A stretch of DNA of 62,837 bases, filler included, from an uncultured bacterium (GCA_964449065.1; 5 parts of 5 records of this genome joined end to end with filler, not necessarily neighbours in it), one strand, 5' to 3'; counted from the whole stretch's first letter, positions 30,141 to 40,294 are shown. Numbers and translations: made by a program. The notes: generated from the sequence alone by a model not told the origin.

Positions 30141-32504
30141 TTAATGAGATAAAATATCCATCGAAAATTTTACCTCCATCACCGCCTCCCGGCTGATCGG
30201 CGCGGGATGCAGCGTTCCCTTCGCCCAATCCTCCATATTGCTTTTGTAATAAGGGCTGCCGGGGTGCTCTGACTGGCCGATCGGCAGCAGCGAGCGGGCG
30301 GAATCCAAATCGCCCATCGGCACCCATTGCGTGTAGGATTGTGCTGCCTGCGAAAGAATGGTCCCGCCATCCACGTTTTGCAATAAGGGATAGTTTAAAT
30401 CCTGCCCCTCATCCAAAGAGCCAAAGCCGTCCAGCGTTTCAAAATAGCCCAGCGCGCGCTTCTTAATCTGTTGTTTGGCAATAGCGTTCCATCGGGATGG
30501 ATCATCGCCATACCGGGTTAACGCGCTTTTCCATGCCCGGTTTAAGGTGTAATCGATGTATTCCTGCTCCATCTCATTGAGTTCCAATTTCGGGTTTTCT
30601 TCCAAATGCTTGTTGATTGTCTTCAGCATCAAACACAAGCCGGAGTAGCTGCCGCCATAGATTTGTGTGAGAGGCGACTGCGTCATCCGAAACATGGTCG
30701 GAATCACGTTGGCTAATTCCGTTCCTTTGTTTTCAATTACGGATGCCGCGCCGTTTTTGTACCATTCTTCCAAATGATCCAACGTCTTTTTGGCGTCTTT
30801 GGTCAAAAAGGTTTCTTGCACGTCACGCATGTGATAGCCCAGCTTCAACAATCCCCGCTTAACCGCATTGGTCGAATCATAGTGAATATCCAACACATCT
30901 TCCGGTGTGAATTGATCTTGGGCGGAGAGCCGCTGTTTTAACCGCCATGAGCGGTTGCTCTCACCGCCCGAACCGGTGCTGGCTCCCATCGAGGCCGGGT
31001 AAAACGATTCAATCGCGCGGTGGTTGCCGCTGGATAGATACCCCCGCTTCGGATTGATCACATGCGGCATGAGATGATGGGGCAGCATGGTTTGCCAATC
31101 GTGGATGCTGCCGGTGCCGTCATGCGCGGCCCTGCCGTGTTCAAGCGCCTTGGATGACCGCACCGGAATCGCGGCAATGAGTGAGAAACCGATGTTGCCG
31201 TGCTTATCGCCCACCACCAAATTCGCGCTGGGGAACCGCCAGCCTTCCGCCGCCGCGATAAACGATTCAACATCATCCGCGCGGATCATATTGATAAATC
31301 CTTGGATGGTTTCCCGGTCGCTCTCGCATGTGGGTACCCGTTTGAGCGCAACTTCCTGCCCCCGGCGCACATCATGCGCGATGTGTGAGACGATGGGGCC
31401 GTAGTGGGTTTCTTTGAGCGTAAGCGTATGGTCATCTTTCCCTTTGATTTTGATCGTTTCTTCCCATACGGACATGTCTTTCCATTCGCCGTCATGAAAG
31501 TATTGGTTGGGATGATCCCTGTCGGTTTTCAGGCGGAATTGATCAGCCTGGTCGGCGCCAAGCGCGGTTAATCCCCACGCCACGTTTTCCGTCCAGCCGA
31601 TGAGGATGATGGGGCTTCCGGGCACACCCATTCCGCGCGCGTTAAATGTTTCTCCCTGAAAGTGATATTCCATAAACAGCGATGGATTGCGTACCGGTGT
31701 TTGCGGGTCGCTGCACAACACAGCGGTACCGTCAGTGGTTTTGTCTTTGCCAACAACCCAGGCATGGCTGAACTTCGGCGCGTTGGGATCGTTGTTTTCC
31801 TCCGGTTCCGCCAAACCGTGCTTCTGCATAAAGGCTTCAACTTCCGCGATCCACTCATCGCTGACATCTTCACGTTTAACCACGGCAGCGGAATCATCAA
31901 CAATTCGGGGTTGATCAAAACCGCGGTCATTCCCGCTTTGCAGGCGGTTATACACCATGAGGTCGTGCAGACCTTCCGAGGCGAAGAAGCGTCCCAATCC
32001 CCACCACACGGCAATGCAGTCGCCGGGCTGCCAGGGTTCCGGCTGGATATCATATTCTTCAAACAGATATAATAAATGATCCCGGTTGGCTTTAATGAAA
32101 TCATTCACACCATCGCAATAGGCTTGCAGCAGGGCTTGGGTTTCTGTATCCAAATTGCCTGCCACTTCATGGGCTTTGCGGTAAAAGCCGAAGGTTCGCA
32201 TCTTGATATCGTGATCGACGGTCGTCATATCACGGTTGCCCTTTTTGACTTCTCCCAACACTTCGGCAAGCCTGCCCTGAACGGAGCGCAGCGTGTAATA
32301 CATCTGAAACGCACGGTCTTCCGCGGTGGCGTAACCCAAGCCGTAGAAGGCTCCGGCATCGGTCTCCGAGAAAATGTGCGGCACGCCCCATTGATCGCGG
32401 ATGAGTTCAATCGTTCCGAATGAATCACTGGGAGCGGCGATGGTTTGATAAGCAGAGGTTACGGTTACTATGCATATAGCAAGAATTGATTTAGTGAGCG
32501 ACAT
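30141..32504 (-). CDS. Penicillin acylase-family Ntn hydrolase, secreted
   Basis: RDQWGVPHI, GLGYATAEDR, GRLAE, SHAWVV (nucleophile Ser), GQSEHPGSPYY. Confidence 0.9.
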   Translation of the reverse strand: MSLTKSILAICIVTVTSAYQTIAAPSDSFGTIELIRDQWGVPHIFSETDAGAFYGLGYATAEDRAFQMYYTLRSVQGRLAEVLGEVKKGNRDMTTVDHDIKMRTFGFYRKAHEVAGNLDTETQALLQAYCDGVNDFIKANRDHLLYLFEEYDIQPEPWQPGDCIAVWWGLGRFFASEGLHDLMVYNRLQSGNDRGFDQPRIVDDSAAVVKREDVSDEWIAEVEAFMQKHGLAEPEENNDPNAPKFSHAWVVGKDKTTDGTAVLCSDPQTPVRNPSLFMEYHFQGETFNARGMGVPGSPIILIGWTENVAWGLTALGADQADQFRLKTDRDHPNQYFHDGEWKDMSVWEETIKIKGKDDHTLTLKETHYGPIVSHIAHDVRRGQEVALKRVPTCESDRETIQGFINMIRADDVESFIAAAEGWRFPSANLVVGDKHGNIGFSLIAAIPVRSSKALEHGRAAHDGTGSIHDWQTMLPHHLMPHVINPKRGYLSSGNHRAIESFYPASMGASTGSGGESNRSWRLKQRLSAQDQFTPEDVLDIHYDSTNAVKRGLLKLGYHMRDVQETFLTKDAKKTLDHLEEWYKNGAASVIENKGTELANVIPTMFRMTQSPLTQIYGGSYSGLCLMLKTINKHLEENPKLELNEMEQEYIDYTLNRAWKSALTRYGDDPSRWNAIAKQQIKKRALGYFETLDGFGSLDEGQDLNYPLLQNVDGGTILSQAAQSYTQWVPMGDLDSARSLLPIGQSEHPGSPYYKSNMEDWAKGTLHPAPISREAVMEVKFSMDILSH

Positions 32505-32567
32505 GAAATGTTCTCCTTAAGAGTTTTGTACTGAATTTATAGTTATATAACAATAAGAAGGATTGAA

Positions 32568-32854
32568 CTAGACCGGTTTCCGGGATGTATGGCGAATTTG
32601 AAGGATAAAAACCTTATCACCGATTACCTGGTAGTAAATTCGGTAAGGATTGTATACCATACTTCTCACATCTTTGGAAAATCGTTTTATTTGCGCCTTT
32701 GGAAAACGAAACGGCATTTCATCCAACGAGTAAATGGTTTGAATAAATTTATCTATCGAAGCGTCGGAACGTGAAGGGCGTTACTGTCAAGCCAATTCCA
32801 AACCTGGATTAGGTCTTCTTCAGCAAGAGGTGTAAATATCACTTCATATTTCAT
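32568..32854 (-). pseudogene. RelE/ParE-family toxin with a 1-bp deletion
   Basis: MKYEVIFTPLAEEDL..WLDSNA then shifted SRSDA..SLDEMPFRFP..IRHTSRKPV*; 287 nt versus the 288-nt paralog; shift near 32776-32778. Confidence 0.88.
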
Positions 32855-33138
32855 AGCCGTGCGTTTTGGCGTGCTCTAAACTCTTCCAATACTTCTTTTG
32901 CTGGTCTTCCTAAACCCGCTTCTGCCTGTTTGGAGCGTTCTATAAGAATGGCTTCCGTTTCTTCATCCACAACATGATCATATTTATCATTTATGTTGGA
33001 ATCAACATCCGCGCTTTGCACGACCAGTTCCGCCTTGCCATCCACGGTGAGGATGAAGCGCTCGCCCGAATCTTTCATGCGCTGAATAAATTCTTTCGGG
33101 TTGGATGTCAATGTTTCAAGCGGCTCGGTTCTTGCCAT
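32851..33138 (-). CDS. Phd/YefM-like antitoxin, copy 2
   Basis: EFIQRMKDSGERFILTVDGKAELVVQ; ATGA overlap with the toxin. Confidence 0.85.
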   Translation of the reverse strand: MARTEPLETLTSNPKEFIQRMKDSGERFILTVDGKAELVVQSADVDSNINDKYDHVVDEETEAILIERSKQAEAGLGRPAKEVLEEFRARQNARL

Positions 33139-33232
33139 GATGGAATCAATCCTTTACCAACGGTCTTATAAGTTGATTTAAATCTTACCAATAAATCGGG
33201 TTGGATTCAAACAAATTCTCCGGATTAAACTA

Positions 33233-33330
33233 GTAGTCTGTCAATCAAAAAATGACGGCTGGTTATCCGTTGTTGCCCCCCTTGATAAGGGGGGGGATCG
33301 ACACCCGTCAATAAAACGTTGACACTGTAC
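33233..33330. mobile_element. MITE family A (98 bp), TA-flanked
   Basis: TA|GTAGTCTGTCAA..TGACGG ... CCGTCA..TTGACACTGTAC|TA; central CCCCCCTTGATAAGGGGGG hairpin. Confidence 0.88.
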
Positions 33331-33617
33331 TACACCGGCTTGCGGGACGTGTGGCGAATGTGAAGGATGATGACTCGATCCTCCTCAACTCTGTAAAAAA
33401 TCTTATACGGTTTGTACACCATGCAGCGAACATCTTTCGGCAGATTTTTTGTTGGAACAATGGGGCAGCGGTATGGCATCTCATCCAGTGAAAAGATACT
33501 TCCAATTAATCCTTCCATCCATTTCCGCGATGCTGTTGGTGCCCCCTCATGCAGCCATCCCCGTAACGTTTCAATATTGGCAAGAGCAATAGGGTTGAAA
33601 ACAACTCGATATTTCAT
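33330..33617 (-). CDS. RelE/ParE-family toxin, intact
   Basis: MKYRVVF..LDEMPYRCP..YKIFYRVEEDRVIILHIRH. Confidence 0.88.
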   Translation of the reverse strand: MKYRVVFNPIALANIETLRGWLHEGAPTASRKWMEGLIGSIFSLDEMPYRCPIVPTKNLPKDVRCMVYKPYKIFYRVEEDRVIILHIRHTSRKPV

Positions 33618-33626
33618 GATGAACCG

Positions 33627-33920
33627 TTAAGATGATATCCGCGCCTTCTGCTCGTCAAGTAATTTCTGAAGAACAGGCCCAGCCTCCACGCATTGATCCT
33701 CATCTGTTGATTCTAGGCTCTTTAACAGAATGGCTTCCGTTTCCGAGTCAATTTCAAGGTCATCATCATAAACAATGTTGGAATCAACATCCGCGCTTTG
33801 CACGACCAGTTCGGCCTTGCCATCCACGGTGAGGATGACGCGCTCGCCAGAATCTTTCATGCGCTGAATGAATTCTTTCGGGTTGGATGTCAATGTTTCA
33901 AGCGGCTCGGTTCTTGCCAT
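33627..33920 (-). CDS. Phd/YefM-like antitoxin, copy 1
   Basis: Same N-terminal domain as 32851-33138; directly upstream of the toxin. Confidence 0.85.
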   Translation of the reverse strand: MARTEPLETLTSNPKEFIQRMKDSGERVILTVDGKAELVVQSADVDSNIVYDDDLEIDSETEAILLKSLESTDEDQCVEAGPVLQKLLDEQKARISS

Positions 33921-34061
33921 GGTGAGATCAATCCTCTAAAAACGGGTTTTCTGTCAGACCAAAATCTTACCGGATAAACAAGCCAGAATCAAACAATTCC
34001 CCCTGATTTTCCCGGATTGTTCAGAAATATTAACACTTATTTTTTGTTTTTTCACCATTTT

Positions 34062-35351
34062 TCACTCTCGGATCCAGCGTTTGGCTTTCATCTCATACCG
34101 GGGCAGGGAACCGGTGGGCATAACGGTGACCGGGATGCGCAGTTGGAAGGCTTCTTTGAATTCGGCTTCTATCGCGTGTGCCAATTTGTACGCGTTTTCG
34201 CATGAATCCGTGACTTCGATTTCCAGCGCAACCTGCGTCATCGATTGTTCTTCGAAGATTTTTACTTGGTACTCCACAATTTCTTTAAATGACCGCAGCA
34301 CATCCTCCACCGCGGAGGGGAACAGATTCACACCGCGCACCACCACCATATCATCCAGCCGCCCGATGATGCCGCCCTTAAGCGCCAGGTCATCCGTTTT
34401 AAACTTGGGTCGGCCGCTCCAATCCGGTTTGACCAAATCGCTTGTCCGGTAGCGGATCAGCGGCATTCCGATGCGGCTTAGTGTGGTTAACACCAGTTCG
34501 CCGGTTTCGCCTTCAGCCGCCGGCTGTAAGGTCTCCGGATTCAAGATTTCCGCAATAAACGCCGATTCATCGATGTGCAGATAACCCGGTGTGTCTGCCA
34601 TCTCATAGCTTACCGGCCCCACTTCCGTCATGCCGTGGTGGTCAAACAGCCGCGCCCCGTTCCAGGCCTCTTCAATCCGGCTGCGGGTCGCGGGCAATCC
34701 GGCGCCCGGTTCTCCCGCAACGATCAGTTTTTTTACATGCAGGGATGACAAATCAAAGTTATGATGGCGTGCCGTTTCCGCCAAATGCAGCGCATAAGTC
34801 GGTGTGCAGCATAAGACGGTGGCTTGGATATCCCGCATGATTTGCAAGCGCGCCGTGCTGCTCATCCCCCCGCCGGGCACACACATGCAGCCAAGCGATT
34901 CCGCCGCTTCAAACGCGGTCCAAAATCCCAAAAACGGGCCGAACGAGAACGCGAAAAAGATGTGGTCGTCAACATGCACTTCGGCGGCGCGGTACACTTT
35001 CTTCCATGTTTGCAGCATCGCTTGCCAGCTGTCTTCGGTATCCAGCCAATGGATTGGACGGCGCGTCGTGCCGCTGGTTTGATGAAAGCGGGTGTAGTCG
35101 CTTAACGCAAAGGTTAAATTGGTGCCGAACGGCGGGTTTTCCTGCTGGTCAGCCGCCAACTCATGCTTGGTGGTAAACGGCATTCGCGCAAAAAACTCAT
35201 CCAAAGAGCGGGGAGAAGTAGACAGCAATCCCCCTTCTTTCAACTTGATTTGATAAAACGAATTGCTGCCGCTTGCAATGGTCAGCAAGTGGTTTAACAA
35301 AAACAGTTGATTCTCTTCTATGGCTTGTCTGGCCGGCTTCGTTGTACTCAT
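34062..35351 (-). CDS. Phenylacetate-CoA ligase (PaaK-like) family
   Basis: PFTTKHEL, HQTSGTT, AGEPG, HGMTEVG, RYRTSD, GRLDDMVVVRGVNLFPS. Confidence 0.88.
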   Translation of the reverse strand: MSTTKPARQAIEENQLFLLNHLLTIASGSNSFYQIKLKEGGLLSTSPRSLDEFFARMPFTTKHELAADQQENPPFGTNLTFALSDYTRFHQTSGTTRRPIHWLDTEDSWQAMLQTWKKVYRAAEVHVDDHIFFAFSFGPFLGFWTAFEAAESLGCMCVPGGGMSSTARLQIMRDIQATVLCCTPTYALHLAETARHHNFDLSSLHVKKLIVAGEPGAGLPATRSRIEEAWNGARLFDHHGMTEVGPVSYEMADTPGYLHIDESAFIAEILNPETLQPAAEGETGELVLTTLSRIGMPLIRYRTSDLVKPDWSGRPKFKTDDLALKGGIIGRLDDMVVVRGVNLFPSAVEDVLRSFKEIVEYQVKIFEEQSMTQVALEIEVTDSCENAYKLAHAIEAEFKEAFQLRIPVTVMPTGSLPRYEMKAKRWIRE

Positions 35352-35902
35352 TTTTGTGCTGTTTGCGAAACCTCCGCATGAACGGCCGTTTTGGCTTTTG
35401 GTGGCGGGCCGCCCGGTTTATACAATGTGACCATGCACCCGCCTATGGCTGCCATTAATATTCCGGCTACAAACTGCCATTTGAGTGATCCCCAGCCGCC
35501 CGCGGGCGGATGAAGAGAAAGCGCGACGATGGCATTTACGATTGGGGCGCCGGCAAAGATGATCGACATGACCACGCTCGGCATACCTTTCGCGCCGAAT
35601 GCCAGCAATACGCCAAAGGCGCCTACCGCGCCGACGGCCCCGGCGATCAACGACCACCACATCCCGCCGGCGGGGTAATTCCAGTTGGCACCATTTGCCA
35701 TAAGCACCACCAACGGAGCCAGAACGGCGATCAAAAAGTAGGCGATTCCTACAAACAAAAAGGCTTTATACCGGCCGTTGATGGGGTCGGCCATTGCGAT
35801 TTGGCCGGTGTGTAAAAACACGCCGTACAATCCCCAACACCCAACCGTCATCAGGGCAAAAAACAGCCATGTCATTCCGGGTTGATTTGCTGCATCACTC
35901 AT
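35348..35902 (-). CDS. Small membrane protein (half-DMT-like, about 5 TM)
   Basis: Hydrophobic segments; 4-nt overlap with the ligase gene. Confidence 0.65.
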   Translation of the reverse strand: MSDAANQPGMTWLFFALMTVGCWGLYGVFLHTGQIAMADPINGRYKAFLFVGIAYFLIAVLAPLVVLMANGANWNYPAGGMWWSLIAGAVGAVGAFGVLLAFGAKGMPSVVMSIIFAGAPIVNAIVALSLHPPAGGWGSLKWQFVAGILMAAIGGCMVTLYKPGGPPPKAKTAVHAEVSQTAQK

Positions 35903-35913
35903 ACCATTCTCCT

Positions 35914-36354
35914 TTACTCGTTGTCGTTATGTTCGGATAGTTTTGACCGGATTTCTTCCGGTATCGCGGCTGATTTCATGATTGATTTACTTGGGTCGAA
36001 CGTTACGCAAATTGTTTTCACTTTTCCGCGCGCCACTTCTTCCGGCGGGTCAGTATTCAGTTTGGTAAACACAAACTCATACCAGATCGTGCGTTCTTTG
36101 ATTTCCCGGATGAGTAGACGGATTTCCACATCGTCTTCAAAGCGCAGAGGACGGTGGAACTCGCATTCCGTGTGGATGCGCGGCCAGCCGAAGTGCCGGC
36201 CGTTGATATCGGTATGGATCGAAAACCCCAATGAGCGGAAAAACGCGTGTTCCGCTGATTCCATAAAGATATAAAACCGCGAAAAATGCATGATACCCGC
36301 CATGTCGGTATCCGAAAACTCTACCTTGCGTTTGTGTACAAATTGAGAAACCAC
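35914..36354 (-). CDS. 4HBT-family acyl-CoA thioesterase
   Basis: VEFSDTDMAGIMHFSRF, PLRFED. Confidence 0.9.
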   Translation of the reverse strand: MVSQFVHKRKVEFSDTDMAGIMHFSRFYIFMESAEHAFFRSLGFSIHTDINGRHFGWPRIHTECEFHRPLRFEDDVEIRLLIREIKERTIWYEFVFTKLNTDPPEEVARGKVKTICVTFDPSKSIMKSAAIPEEIRSKLSEHNDNE

Positions 36355-36419
36355 CGCGCATACCCATCGTAAATGTATAGAAGTAGATTCTATAGACCGC
36401 GGCGGAAATTGATAAGGGT

Positions 36420-37762
36420 TTAAGGCAGCGGGGCTTGCGGGCCGCTTAGGCCGATTGTGCCATCCGGCGCAGATTTCTCTGTCGGTGAGAGACTGTCTTG
36501 GAGATCATGAGAATTGTGTAAAATCCGTACGTCCACCGGTTTGCCTGACCGGAAATGCAAATCGCGCTGCGGGAAGGGGATTTCAATATCGTTTTCACGG
36601 AATAATTTTGTGATGCGGTGCCGAATATCGCTTTCGACCAACAACCGGTTGCAATTTTTCATGTCGACCCAAAAATACGCGAAGAAATTAAGAGAACTAT
36701 CCCCAAACTCTTTAAATACAATAAACGGTTCGGGAAATTTTAAGATCAAGCCGTGTTCTTCCACGGCTTTACTGATTAATTTTTGCACTTGCCTTGTATC
36801 CGTATCATAGGCGACTCCTACGGTCACAATACAGCGGATAATCCAATTTTCCAGCGTGAAATTGGTGAAACGGTTTTCAAGAAAGTAGTTGTTGGGAATC
36901 ACGACATCTTGATTATCCCAAGTATTGAGAAGTGTGCTGCGCAGGCCGATTTGTGATATCTTTCCGGTCACACCGCCCACATCCACGATATCGCCCACCC
37001 GCACGGGACGTTCCAGCAGCATAATGATGCCGCTGATAAAATTGCTGAAAATTTGCTGCGAACCAAAACCAAACCCAATCGCCAGCGCACCGCCAAGAAA
37101 CGCGAATGCGGTCAGATCAACCCTTACGGTGCTCAATGATATTGGTATAAGAATCGCGATGACAATATAAAAAAAGAGCGAACGAACCGTAACAACGGTT
37201 CCATGTTCTACCTTGAACCGGTGGGTTAAAACATAGCCGATGAGTTTGCTGATAAACCGCGCGATGATCCAACCAAAGACAAATACACATAGGGCAATGG
37301 CTATCTCGCCGTATGTCAGACTTCGTTCTAAGCCTTCTTCAGTGCTATAGCTGTATACTTCCGCGTTGTAATAGGATAAGAATATTTCCCAGCCGTATTC
37401 AAATACCTCTTCCCACGTCCAGATGTTGAGTTCGGCATTGATTTCTTCCAGCAGTTTGTCGGCCACTCTGCGGGATGCTTCCACGCTGTTGATGCCGGAT
37501 GCCAAGACGGATATTTCATCTTGGACATATTGCTTGCGGGTTTCATGAATTTTTACAATCTCCGGCTGATCCCGCAGACTTTCGATATTTGTATCGATCG
37601 TGACAATTAAACTTTGATTGGAGAGGATGGCTTTTCGTAAATTTTCTTGTTCGATGTTGTACTGTTTTAGTGTGTCCGTATATTTGTTTGTCCAGTTTTG
37701 CAATTGAGTAAAATCAGCCGTTCCATTAACGGTTTCATAGCGGTGTTTCCATATTTCATACC
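36420..37762 (-). CDS. MscS/MscK-family mechanosensitive channel, 5'-truncated by contig end
   Basis: GALAIGFGFG, NFISGIIMLLERPVRVGD, IGLRST, GVAY, IPFPQRDLH; frame open to the linker. Confidence 0.9.
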
Positions 37763-37862
37763 NNNNNNNNNNNNNNNNNNNNNNNNNNNNNNNNNNNNNN
37801 NNNNNNTTAATTAATTAANNNNNNNNNNNNNNNNNNNNNNNNNNNNNNNNNNNNNNNNNNNN
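37763..37862. other. Artificial contig linker
   Basis: N44-TTAATTAATTAA-N44. Confidence 0.97.
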
Positions 37863-38342
37863 CCATACTTCAAGGGAAACCACAAATTCGTGTTCTAAAG
37901 CGGTTTGCAAGTAATCACACAGGCGTTCTTCCCATGCCGGTGAAAACCGGGTTAAGTCGTACCGGCCATCTTCGGTTTTGACCCAGGGCTGGATAATCTT
38001 ACCAATATCACCATCATGGATCCCATTTGGATCGTAGGGAAGACAGCGCACAAAGCCTTTAACATGGGGGCTGTCAATCTCATGGATCACCTGTGCCAAC
38101 CGGTTGAATTGCGCGTGGAAATCTACTGTTTCTATTCGGCTAATCGGCGTCCAACTTTGGTAGCCTGTTGCGCCCAAAGCGAAAATAGGAGTACCGTCCC
38201 ACGCGAAATAGTGAGGGTTTTCTGTATACGGTTGAATGAGGGAAGTTTTTTCAGCGAAGGCAAATACACTCATTCCCAACACGGTTAATAGAATAACCAT
38301 CTTTCCAACCGGTTGATGAACGCCTGACCAATGTAGATACAT
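37863..38342 (-). CDS. Secreted hypothetical protein, 3'-truncated
   Basis: AAGGAG RBS, signal-like AFA-E, open frame into the linker. Confidence 0.6.
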
Positions 38343-38684
38343 AATTTGATTCTCCTTTCGAAAATATATTGAACATCTTATCCTTGCGGAGATGAACCGC
38401 ACACTTTATAGAGTAAGGCACTTTTTTATGGCTCACTCCGTGTAAAAAACTATTGATGCCGCGCGGGGCTAACATTACATTCATTCCCTCCCCCTGCCGC
38501 ACCGGCTGCGTATGATAAAAGCTATCCGGCGATGCACCTATCCAATTCATCGGAACGTCCGGTATGCCTGCACTACAAATAATAGACGTTTTGCCAGCCT
38601 GTCATATCCTTTTGCTTATCACCCATTCCAATGTAAACTTGAGCACAGATTTCTATTGCAAATCCACAATAGGAGCATTCATTC

Positions 38685-40160
38685 GTGAAAAAACCCGTAT
38701 GGCAATCTTCCGCCAAAGGCGAACCGGATGCCGCGTTCGTGTCCTTCGCGGCCGGCCGGGATGTCGTTGGTCTGCCTCCCGCAGACCGTGTGTTAGTCCC
38801 TTACGATATCTGGACCAACCAAGCCCACGCCCGCGGTTTGTATGACATCCAAGTGTTTTCATTCCAAGAGCTATCATCTCTGATGATGGCATTGAACCGC
38901 TTGGAAGACGAATTCCAATCCGGCAAATGGCAGATTAATCCAGCGCTGGAAGATGTCCACATCAACATCGAAGCCTATATCACCAAAGTCTGCGGTAAAG
39001 AAATCGGCGGCAGACTGCACACCGGCCGCAGCCGCAATGATCAAGTCGCCGCCGATATGAAACTCTACATCCGCGAAATGATCTTACAGTTTGCCGAAGA
39101 GATTCAAGAACTCGTCAAATCCCTCAATCAACACGCCCGCTCGCATCTCAAAACGGTGATGCCCGGCTATACCCACCACCGCAAGGCCACTGTGACATCA
39201 TGGGGGCATTGGGCGGCATCCTACAGCCAGGGCTTATTGCGCGATGCCCAACGCTTCATCAGCCTCTATCACCGCGTCAACACCTCTCCCCTGGGAGCCG
39301 CGGCATCCTACGGCACCACCTGGGAACTGCCCCGCGAAAAAGTCGCACGATGGCTGGGCTTTGACGGCCTGCAAGAAAACACATTAGACGCGGTGGTTTC
39401 CAGAGGGGAAGCCGAAACCGATATGGCCTTCGCCTTATCCATGCTGCTTAAACGCCTTTCGGTGATCTCCCAAGATTTGATTCTCTTCTCCACCGATGAG
39501 TTCGGCTATCTGAAACTCCCCAGCGAAATGACCACCGGCAGTTCCATCATGCCCCAAAAACGCAACCCCGATTTCGCCGAAGCCATCAAAGGCAAATTCC
39601 ACGTCGTGCAGGGATACGCCAACGCCCTGCTGGGGATGAACTCCGGCAACCTCTCCGGCTACAACAAAGATACCCAATGGTCGAAGTATGTCTTTTTGGA
39701 TGCGGTGCGCGAATCCTTCGGCGCATCCTCCATGCTGGCCGCGGTATTTGACGGACTTATCGTAAACAAACAAAAGATGAAAGCGGCGGCAACTAGCGGC
39801 TTTTTAAACGCGGTCGATCTAGCCGATTTTTTGTCCGGCACCCGCGAATTGCCGTTCCGCCAAAGTTACCAAATCCTGTCCGAAGCGGTGGGCATGGCAA
39901 CAAAAGATCAGTTTGAGTTCCAAGCCCTGAACGATATTTTAGAAAAAAGCAAAATCAAACCGCTTACGTTGGATGAGTTCCAACTCTTGAGCGATCCGGT
40001 ACAGTGTTTAATGAACCGCAACCACGAAGGCTCCCCGCACCCCAAACACGTACAGGATCACCTCAAACGCCTGGGCCAAGAAGCCCAAAACCTAAAACAA
40101 TGGATCAATCAAAAACGCCGCGCGTTAGTCAAAGCCAAACACCGCTGCGAAACTTTGTGA
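38685..40160 (+). CDS. argH: Argininosuccinate lyase
   Basis: EDVH, LHTGRSRNDQV, MPGYTH, TGSSIMPQKRNPD, YNKD. Confidence 0.95.
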   Translation: MKKPVWQSSAKGEPDAAFVSFAAGRDVVGLPPADRVLVPYDIWTNQAHARGLYDIQVFSFQELSSLMMALNRLEDEFQSGKWQINPALEDVHINIEAYITKVCGKEIGGRLHTGRSRNDQVAADMKLYIREMILQFAEEIQELVKSLNQHARSHLKTVMPGYTHHRKATVTSWGHWAASYSQGLLRDAQRFISLYHRVNTSPLGAAASYGTTWELPREKVARWLGFDGLQENTLDAVVSRGEAETDMAFALSMLLKRLSVISQDLILFSTDEFGYLKLPSEMTTGSSIMPQKRNPDFAEAIKGKFHVVQGYANALLGMNSGNLSGYNKDTQWSKYVFLDAVRESFGASSMLAAVFDGLIVNKQKMKAAATSGFLNAVDLADFLSGTRELPFRQSYQILSEAVGMATKDQFEFQALNDILEKSKIKPLTLDEFQLLSDPVQCLMNRNHEGSPHPKHVQDHLKRLGQEAQNLKQWINQKRRALVKAKHRCETL

Positions 40161-40188
40161 AAATAGTGTGAAAAATTGCGCGCATTGG

Positions 40189-40288
40189 NNNNNNNNNNNN
40201 NNNNNNNNNNNNNNNNNNNNNNNNNNNNNNNNNNNNNNNNNNNNNNNNNNNNNNNNNNNNNNNNNNNNNNNNNNNNNNNNNNNNNNNN
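40189..40288. other. Intra-scaffold gap (100 N, no linker)
   Basis: Pure N run. Confidence 0.9.
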
Positions 40289-40294
40289 AATCTT

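Noticed and set aside
26497..33920. Integron cassette array of TA genes
   Set aside because: No integrase, no attC-like RYYYAAC..GTTRRRY hairpins recognised, mixed orientation, and core genes are interspersed.
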